Below, piece by piece: positions 54,768 through 64,000 of a stretch of 64,000 nt of DNA (its first letter is position 1; each line of letters opens with the position of its first letter). The translations under genes and the position numbers were made by a program. The DNA is taken from contig CM022675.1 in assembly GCA_012295275.1 (NCBI GenBank), positions 16,740,001 through 16,804,000 of the forward strand, written 5' to 3'. The stretch comes from Chrysomallon squamiferum (Eukaryota; Animalia; Mollusca). Below the pieces are notes generated by a model, which saw only the letters and a list, made by a program, of their open reading frames with translations, was not told where the DNA came from and did not search any database.

Positions 54768-55994
54768 TGTTTCGCAAAACACCAACATTTAAAAATAGTT
54801 CTGGGAAGAAAAATGAAAAGAAAAATGTGATTATTCTACATACACAAAAGTTAAGTAATATTAAGATACTTAACCTGTAATATAAAATACAACTGTCTTT
54901 TCAGTAATAATATTGCAAATATCAATTTATCTCTCATGTTACAAACTATGACACTATTCTGACAAAAAAAAGAAAAAAAAAGAAATAGCAAGCAATATAG
55001 CAACAGTTAATAAATATATGAGGATATGAATATGATATTTATAATAAATATATTACAAACTTTGTTTTATTTTCAACTTTGTCTTTGTAATTACATTATA
55101 CTGATGAACATGCAGTTAATATTAAGTTTATATACTGCTTAATAATGGCTTTATTCATATTTTCAAGAATTCTATTTATTTATTGTTTTACATGCTAATA
55201 TTTTATTACCGTAACATACTTATTTAACAAACAGTATGTCATTCAAATAAATTAATTATGAATGATGCAAGCTCAGTCAGTCTTACTTAGTATTAATTGA
55301 AATGTGAGCAATTGAATAATTAAATAGTAATAGTTTTGTGGAATATCCAGTTATTATAAATATAAATAAAAGTATTAAAGAAATAAACAAAATAAAAATG
55401 AATAAAAACACCGTCAACATGAACGGTAACAACTGGCTTAAAAGTTAAATAGCTGTTACAAAAGTTATAATAAATGTTAAAATTTTAAATTACAATATTA
55501 TGAATATATAATATATTACAATTATTATTATAAATTCTAACTGATACTCATCATACTGGGTCTTGGGACGTCTATTTTCTCCAATTCTTCATTCAGTCAG
55601 AGTTAGGAAAATCACGATTATATAATTATAATAATATTAATAAAATAATATCATTCATTTATTCTACAAACTGTAAATTATAATTAGTAATCATTACTAC
55701 ATTAGTAGGTACGACAGTGAGTGAGTGACAGTATGTGACAAGGAAAAAAACGATAAATCTCACAAAGTACCATTAACAACAAACCTCACATTTAATTATA
55801 ATGATAACTGTTTAATTAAACAATTATACTATTTGACAAAGGCGGCAAATATCTCAACCGAATAAACGTGCTTAAAGCCCTAATAGTAATAGTAACATCT
55901 CTCGATGTTTTCCGTAGAACTCTCAACGCATCGAAAATCAGAAAAGTAATAAAGGGAGAATTCATTGTATAGACTCATCCGTGACAATTGTGGA

Positions 55995-56031
<37 letters not shown>

Positions 56032-56032
56032 A

Positions 56033-56078
<46 letters not shown>

Positions 56079-56104
56079 TGCAGATCTTACATGATTAATG
56101 TGTA

Positions 56105-56158
<54 letters not shown>

Positions 56159-56238
56159 CTAAATAAGAAAAGCAATTGCACATTGTCAGCCTCAGTGGAA
56201 AAGCCTTGCTTTTAAATAAAAAAAGCTCATTACACAAA

Positions 56239-56289
<51 letters not shown>

Positions 56290-56712
56290 CGCGTGCTTTG
56301 GTGCGCAAAGGCGTGCACTTTGCAAATCAAAGACAAATATTGTCTACAGCTTATTTGAAAAAAAAAAAAAAAAACTCATTTAATCTCCAACTGACCAACC
56401 TCATCAAAGAAATTGCAAAGAAAATATAAATAATAATAATAATAATAAAAAAATACTAGAACAAAAAACAAACAAACAACAAACACAACAACACAACAAC
56501 GCTTACTATAAATGTGGATAGAAATTCCATCCTTTGATTTTTATAAATTTTTATGTATATAATAAATAATACCGACATAAATTATTCTACATCTTTGAAC
56601 CAAAGCTGCAGTAAAAAAAGCCTGCACTGCATGTGAAAGTTCATGTCACTTGTCACACGTGACACACAGCAGAGCTGTATCCTAACCGGGCGCGAGCGGC
56701 ACGACATTTGTT

Positions 56713-57378
56713 CTGTCCTACCAGACGCGAACTTTGATCCACCACTGAAGTCAAGTTGAACCCATCAGGGTGTGTATTAAAATGTTCTATCATCTTAATG
56801 CAAAGCTACGTTTCCCCCCATTCTGGGTAGGATTGAACCTTCCAAGAAGCTTATACATGCATGTTATTAATAAAACACACACACACATTACTTACTAGGT
56901 AAACCTAGAGTTTTTCCAATATTTACTCCAGGCATTTTCTTTTCTGTTGTTATCTTTGTACGTTGACAAAGAACAATCATAAAGTACTGGAAACATCTGA
57001 ACGAGATGGATGAGTTGTTCATCTTCCATTTTCATGTACTGGGGAAATAATCTTGATTGTGATAGGTTAATATACTGTAGACGCTCGAGCAGAGAGACAA
57101 AAAATTGAAACAATTTCTGTCGGAATTTTGTCGCGAAAATGCCTGAAAAAATATTGGAAAAACTCTAGGTTTACCTAGTAAGTAATGTGTGTATTATTAA
57201 TAATATGCATGTATAAGCTTCTTGGAAAACCCAGATCTATCCGGTATGGAGAGAAGGTAGCTTTGCATTAAGATGATAGAACATTTTAATACGTATCCTG
57301 GAGGTTTAACTTGTCTTCAGTGGTGGATCAAAGTTTCAAAACTGATTATGGCGCCACGTTCGCGTCTGGTTAGGACAG
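56713..57378. mobile_element. Long inverted repeat (arms about 56713-56939 and 57135-57378) enclosing a truncated MADF/Myb-SANT ORF; probably PIF/Harbinger-derived
   Basis: The arms are reverse complements, e.g. ATTAAAATGTTCTATCATCTTAATGCAAAGCTAC and GTAGCTTTGCATTAAGATGATAGAACATTTTAAT. The spacer encodes MEDEQLIHLVQMFPVLYDCSLSTYKDNNRKENAW, a typical MADF N-terminus. Confidence 0.7.
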
Positions 57379-57834
57379 TAGTTATTAGCAAAAACTATTT
57401 AAATACACCAGGCAAAACAAATATAAATTTTAACTCTTTTTATAGCTGATCATAACATCTATAGTGCTTGTAAAATCATATTTCTAGGACCATACAGTTA
57501 TTACTGTGTGTAGTACGGCGCTGAGAATGTGTACACCCAACCAAGAACATTGTTGTTTTAAACCGTATGACTTTTGGGAGGTTACCCCTGTAAACTAACC
57601 CTTGTCAAGAAAGTATTGACTACTTGTTTGTGGAAAAAAAGCTCTGATGGCCATTTGGAGGGATATCGCTGGTTTCACGTACATACATACATGTGTGTGC
57701 GTACTTGTGTGTGTGTGTGTGTGTGTATGCCTGTGAATGTGACAAGAATGACACATTATGCTTTTCTTCCTTGGGTCTTTAGTTATAAAAGGCAATTTGG
57801 CATTATCCCGAACTTCTGCTGCGAAGGGAAATAA

Positions 57835-59194
57835 CTCATGTCTTCTTAAATGAAACTGTTGCTGTGAAGAGATGATCCTGCCACTGTCAGTCATTATTCT
57901 ACACCTGTACAGCTGTTGCGAGTTTTCTGTTTTAAGAATTTCAAATGGATGAATAACTATCAACAGATCCTGCTTCAAGAGTTTATTACTTTGTGTCTGT
58001 TAAATACAATTTCATTCTTTGTTTTTCATTTTGAATAATAGTACATGTATATATTTAGCCTGTATCCAGAAATAAGGATCATATGCAGTGTCAAGCTTGT
58101 AATACATAGTTTCTGTTTTCCAATAAACTATTTCTTAATAATTATAATTAGATAGAAGTGATTAGAAACGAAAATTAGTATGAAAGTAATAATAAAAAAA
58201 TAAATAACAACAGTATCAATAACATCTACAAAACTAATAAATTTACAAACGAACAAATCAATAATAGTTTTAAAAAAAATAAAAAATAAACAAATAAATA
58301 AGGAGAAAAGATTATTTTTTAATTTTTAACTTTTATTATTATTTATTTTATTTTATTTAGGACTTCCATTTTAAGTATTTAAAAAAAAAAGAAGAAAAAA
58401 AGTACATTTTCTTATCCTGATGTCATTTTCTCCCTGCAAGCTGCAATAACACAAAACTGACAACTGTGGAAGTCGATTGAGAGGTTGTTCACAGGACAAA
58501 CGGATCCATGTGATTAATTAAAAGTTGTCTTCTCTTCCCTGAACTCTTCAATTAGAGATCGTTAAACGTCATGGAGAGTCCACTTGACCGAACATTTCTG
58601 GAGTTGGATTTCTAATTTCATATCACGAATTCACTGACAAAATGAAACATATCAGTTTAAACAAATGTTGCTGAAAAAGAAATCGTTTACTGAAAAATAA
58701 AATAAAAATAAAAATAAAATAAAATAAAGAAAGAAAGAATAAATGAAAGATGAACAAAACGAAAGAAATAAAGAAAACAGGTCAGCATTTAAACAACATA
58801 AATACTACTACTACTACTACTAATAATAAAATATTTCCGTTTAAATAATATTTACAACAGACCAAATAGAAAGTATGCAGTTCCTAAAATAATCAATTTT
58901 GCAGTTAGTCTGGAATATTAATATTTATAAGCTTCTTTATTCAGATTTATATTTATCTGTATCTTTACTGTTAAAACCATTAATTACTAATATAATTAAA
59001 AATATGACAAATTAAGGAAGAAATGTTTTGTTTAATGATGCGTTTAGTATTTTTAACATTGTTCACTAGGCATCAGCCGAGATCGAGGGACTTTACAGAA
59101 AGCGAGAAATGAAGAGTTTTTCCGCCTCTCGTTAAAATATTCGGTTAGTACCAACTAAACTTCAAATCGCACTACTATTTTGTAAAAAAATAAA

Positions 59195-59226
<32 letters not shown>

Positions 59227-61723
59227 TAAATAATGATAATAATAAAAAGAGAAAGAAGGAAACAAATTAGAAAAAAAAAAAAAAAAAAAAAAAATACAAA
59301 GAAAAAATGTGATAATAATTATCATACAGATTATATAGAAATAATACAGGTAGAGTCAGATCTATTAAAAAAAAATACTGAAGTTTAAGCTGCAAGGCCA
59401 ATGATACAGAATTGGCCCCAGTAACGACTATAGCGTACACTTTTACGAATTTTAATCAAATTCTGTGATGCTGTGGTTATAATTATTATTTTTTAAATCT
59501 GTGGTGACAAAACCGTTGAAGAAAATAACTGTTTTCCCAGATCTCTTTGCTGTTTGCGAAGGGCCCTCATGACAGTTAAAGCTTCAGGGCCCAAACATGT
59601 ATAGGATAATATTTCTTATTTAAATTAAGTTTAAAAATTTAATTTGCATATCTGATATTGCACTTATCTCTATAAACGGATTTCTCGCATTTCCTCAACA
59701 TATTCAATATTTAGAAAAAATTAAATGAAACGTTAATTGTCGTCTAAAATATTAACCAGTCTTAATAACTGAGGGAAGGTCTGTGCGTCCCTGAATAACA
59801 GAAAAATGTCAACGCGTACTTTGTTTTATTTATATTTATTTATTTCTTCTCTGTCGTATCGTTGCTTTTTGTTTTAATCTATTGATCTTATATGAATGAT
59901 TTGTGTTTTTTGTCTTCATTTTTCTGTTTATATAAACCAGTCACTCGTCGCAAGCAATACAAAGCCATTCGTAAACGTTTCCAAGCACTTGAATGCTACA
60001 TCTAATTTAAACATAAGCTATACATTTTCTGAGCTGGCATCGTCTCCTAATTAGGTTCAGGAAGGTGCGCGGGTAGAGCGAATAACGTGACTGGAAATTA
60101 AAGCTTGCATAATTCGATTGATACAAAATTTATGACTGTATATGTTCTGAAACGGACTGCCGCTTACACACACATTTATCGAATTTCTTTTATTCTTCTC
60201 CTTCCTTTTTTTTTCTTTTTCATTAACGTCAGAATGAATGGGATAAACCTATGTTAAAACAGGTGGGTGGATAGAAAAACAAGATTAGTGAATAATGAAC
60301 GTTTAATACATCTCACTATGTTTAATATTGGTGGTTAATATGCAAAAAGAACATCTTTTTGATTATTTTAAGAGGAAGGCCACTGCGGCAACTCCGTGGC
60401 TGCATTTTTCGATTACCGGAATTTTCACGACAGCATACAGACTGTACCACATACAGACTGTACCGCATACAGACTGTACCGCATACAGACTGTACCACAT
60501 ACAGACTGTACCGCATACAGTTCTACCACATACAGACTGTACCACATACAGACTGTACCACATACAGACTGTACCGCATACAGACTACCACATACAGACT
60601 GTACCACATACAGACTGTACCACATACAGACTGTACCATATACGTTTTCATGAACTGGCGACCTGTGACGTCTCATGTCACCCTCTCTCACATCATCAGT
60701 GTTGTTTCCTTACTGCTACTACCACCAACACCATTACAAGTACTATTACTATTGCTACTATTGCTACTGTTACTACTATTACTACTAGTAATAATAATAA
60801 TAATAATAATAAAATAATAATAATGCTACTGCTACTCTGTTGATAATGATGATAACAACATTAGTAATAACAACAAGAAAATCAACAATAGTAATATTAA
60901 CAGACTAAGAGAGAAATGAAGTATGTACCACTGTTAGAATAAATAAATAAACACACAACCAAACAAACATAATAAAGAATAAAAGAGAAAAAAGAAAAAG
61001 CTAGCAAGCAAGCATGCAAACAAACAAACAAACAAACAAACGAATGTAGCAGGTATGGACAGGAGAAATATTAAGACTAGCGTCCAATCCGTACTTAACC
61101 TGGTGAAACGTCAGACAGACACCCTGAGAACGCGTGGTTGCTGCGCTAGCGACAGGCTCATTCACACTAAGTGGATTACTGAGAATTATTCACAAAACCA
61201 GTCTGTCTATTAGCCTGGCTAACAGAAAACATCTAAGTGGCTTTATTCCTGGTGTTCACTGTGTACACATTTTATTATTCTGTTTCGGTGATGAAAGATT
61301 GCCATTGGGATCTGAGCCTACTTCATTAGTCTCCGTGTTACTGTCATTCCCATACAAAATCGTAATATCATTAGGCTTATACTGATTGGTCCACTAATTG
61401 TAAGAAACATACAGTTTCTTCTGTTATACAATACCTGCAGGTACTGGGATCGCTTCTCGATACCAGCTGTTACCCGACGTTAACTGGACTTGTTGGATAA
61501 CTTAATTGTCTCTCGTCTCTGCCACCTTGACACTTAATGCAAACTCCTCAATGTTATGTTTCTGCATAGGAATAAACAAAGTTGGCTAGGTTTTTTCTTC
61601 CTTATTTTCTAGTCTATGAAGATAATGGGTTGATCCAAAATCAACATGTAAGGTCTGCGTCAAAGATCCATTCTTTCTACTCGATAGAAAAAACCATGGA
61701 TATGATATAACATGTTTCATTTG

Positions 61724-61764
<41 letters not shown>

Positions 61765-62303
61765 TAAACAAACAGAAAAAACATCTGAAACTAAGGCTTT
61801 AATAAATGTTTGTCTCTGAATATTTTTGTGTAGGAATAAAAAAGAGATAGAGTGTGAGACAACTGAAAATGAAAGGATAGACTGAGGGAGTCAGGAAATG
61901 AATGAAGAAAAACACAGAACTGAACAGGATATCATGTTTTATTGACAAATATCTGAAAGATATACAGTACATTTCATGACATACCATGATGTTTCACCGA
62001 TTTTTGTCCATGCCATTTTAAAACTTTACCCAATGAACCTATTGGGAATCAATCTCTTAGCATATTGTTCTTGAAGATGGCGCCAGTAACTGAGACAAAA
62101 CTACGTTCATTTAAGGAAACTCTTGAGCAAAACCAGCCGAGCGGATCGATTGATAAAACTCAATGGACGTTTGATGAATGGACCGTCTTCTGTTGTTTGC
62201 TGCGCTTCCTGTATCTGCTGTCTTATCAAGCAGCCGTGGTCAAGTGGATTCATTCTGTAATTTTTATTGTCCACCATTATAAACAAGAACCACAATTATC
62301 TGT
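57835..62303 (-). pseudogene. Possible decayed multi-exon gene with discoidin (F5/8C)-like and Ig-like segments
   Basis: Exon-like GC-richer blocks with AG acceptors at about 62303-62035, 61561-61100, 58635-58415 and 57996-57835. Fragments include SGNSW..SQYLQV..ITILYGND and LYRCRIMTDSGRIISS. Most blocks contain stops or frameshifts. Confidence 0.3.
60434..60642. repeat. 16-bp minisatellite (CATACAGACTGTACCR)n
   Basis: About 13 copies read directly. It explains the overlapping ORFs at 60322-60843. Confidence 0.93.
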
Positions 62304-62912
62304 TTAAAGAAACAGATTGACCCTGGGATATCTCGACTAGTAAACTGACGACATGTTGGAAAATAAAAGTAATGATTAGCTTTCTACATATGGTGTCTTA
62401 TACATTTTTATTTATCACATTAAAATAATTACTTTAATATCTATCACAATAACTGCTATTTGATAACGATAATAATTATTATGATGATGACGATGACAAA
62501 GACAGTGATAAATATGATGATGATGATGATGATGATAATAATAATAATAATACTACTAATAATAATAATGAAGAAGAAGAAGAAGAAGAAGATGATGATG
62601 GTGATGATGATGATTTTGAAGAATAAACGGAAAAAGAAGAATAATTTCATCAGCAATGAACCAGAAGGTTAAGACTTAAGTTTATAAAGAACTGAAAATC
62701 CATTCAATAAATTTAAATTTAAAATATGGAATTTCGTACATGTGTAGAATCATTTCTATGATCGACCCTCTTTGTGTTCTAATGTAGCTAATTCCTTTTT
62801 TAGCAGTGATATACGTTAGTTTGTGAAAGACTGTGGTGCCTGGTTTTCTAGATAAGACTAAATCTTCTCTGCTAATCGAGAAAATACCAACATACCTAAT
62901 TCATTTGTAATA

Positions 62913-63110
62913 CAGTGGGACCTCGGGTTGCGAACGTAATTCGTTCCAGAACTCGGTTTATAAACCGAATTGAACGTAAACCGAAGTGATGTCAGACACT
63001 CGAACACCACTCTCATTTTCTGCAATTATTTCTTTCTTAACGTCTACTATGACACGTTTATACTTTCCACCAGCATTATCGCTTTCACCTTTTGTTTTCT
63101 TGGGCGCCAT
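62913..63110 (-). mobile_element. Internally deleted Tigger/pogo (Tc1-mariner superfamily) DNA transposon fragment
   Basis: A TA-CAGTGGGACCTCGGGTTGCGAACGTAATTCGTTCC terminus at 62911 lies next to minus-strand MAPKKTKGESDNAGGKYKRVIVDVKKEIIAENESGVRVSDI, the CENP-B/psq-type HTH N-terminus of Tigger transposases. Confidence 0.75.
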
Positions 63111-64000
63111 ATTGGATAGCGTATAATAAAAAGTATACACATAAAAGCAGCAACACTTTAAAAAATGCGAGCGCCAAATCTCAGTGGAAAAGCTATTGCG
63201 CTGCAACTGCGTATCGATGACTAAAGGCCCTAATTGATGATATATACGTATTTTATACATGGTCAAGGACACGCACACACATATCATCATACATAATTAT
63301 GCACACATTCCAACACATGCGCACAAATAGAACACGTACTGTCGTCATTTAGTATGAAAGTTTTTCCATCAGCGATGAGCGATTTCATAAGAACATGGGC
63401 ATGATATAGTCTTAGGTAAATAAATGTGGAGGACTGGAAGGAACAGTAATCATTACACAAAACAGTTACATGCGTTTGCCACTAAATAACCATTAGCGTC
63501 TACAAAGGTGTCAATAATAGTTATTCTTCAGTCATTTACATCGACTTTAAAAGATGAATCAACTTTAGAAGAGACCACCAACCCAACCGACAACAACAAC
63601 AATCACAACAGCAAAATAAGCTAAAACATATGATAAAATTAAACTGAAAACAAAAAGAAAACAAAGAAAAAAAAAAAAAAAACTTAAAAAATAAAACAGA
63701 AAAAAATTCTAACATACCTTTTAAAATAGAGTTGAATTAACATTACACGTTTAACATTTCAAATTATATTTCGTTAAAGCCAAAGGGGTTGCAAGACTAG
63801 TGAATTATACAGAGTAACGTGTCCTGCTTTATTTGACTCATTTTAACTTTCAGGGCACGACACTCAAATTGAATTTAACGAGATGACAGCGGTTACAGTA
63901 ATTTTGTAGAAGGAATTAAATGCGAATGGCCGATGATTCTTAAGCGCAAGGCGTTTGTCGGTTTGCTGCTGATAACGTTACTATCTGCTGGCTGCACTTC

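Overview
This is AT-rich, microsatellite-dense metazoan genomic DNA with spliceosomal introns; a mollusc or other lophotrochozoan origin is my inference. Most entries in the ORF track are artefacts of (AG)n, (ATAC)n and (AAT)n repeats. By hand-splicing I can assemble six multi-exon genes: (1) a minus-strand secreted CAP/SCP protein with a ShKT/EGF mosaic tail (3244-12428); (2) MRPL45 (-); (3) BZW/eIF5-mimic protein (+), whose AUG is in a poor context and whose fifth coding intron is unusually structured; (4) an orphan type-I membrane protein of about 1840 aa (+); (5) PECR (+), with a GC-AG intron and a C-terminal SKL; (6) HIBCH (-). The window also holds a decayed SGNH-hydrolase retroelement ORF, a MADF-containing inverted repeat, a Tigger/pogo fragment, several minisatellites (one built from a splice donor) and probable decayed discoidin/Ig exons near the right end. 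No CRISPR, rRNA or tRNA was found. All homology calls come from motif recognition, not database searches.
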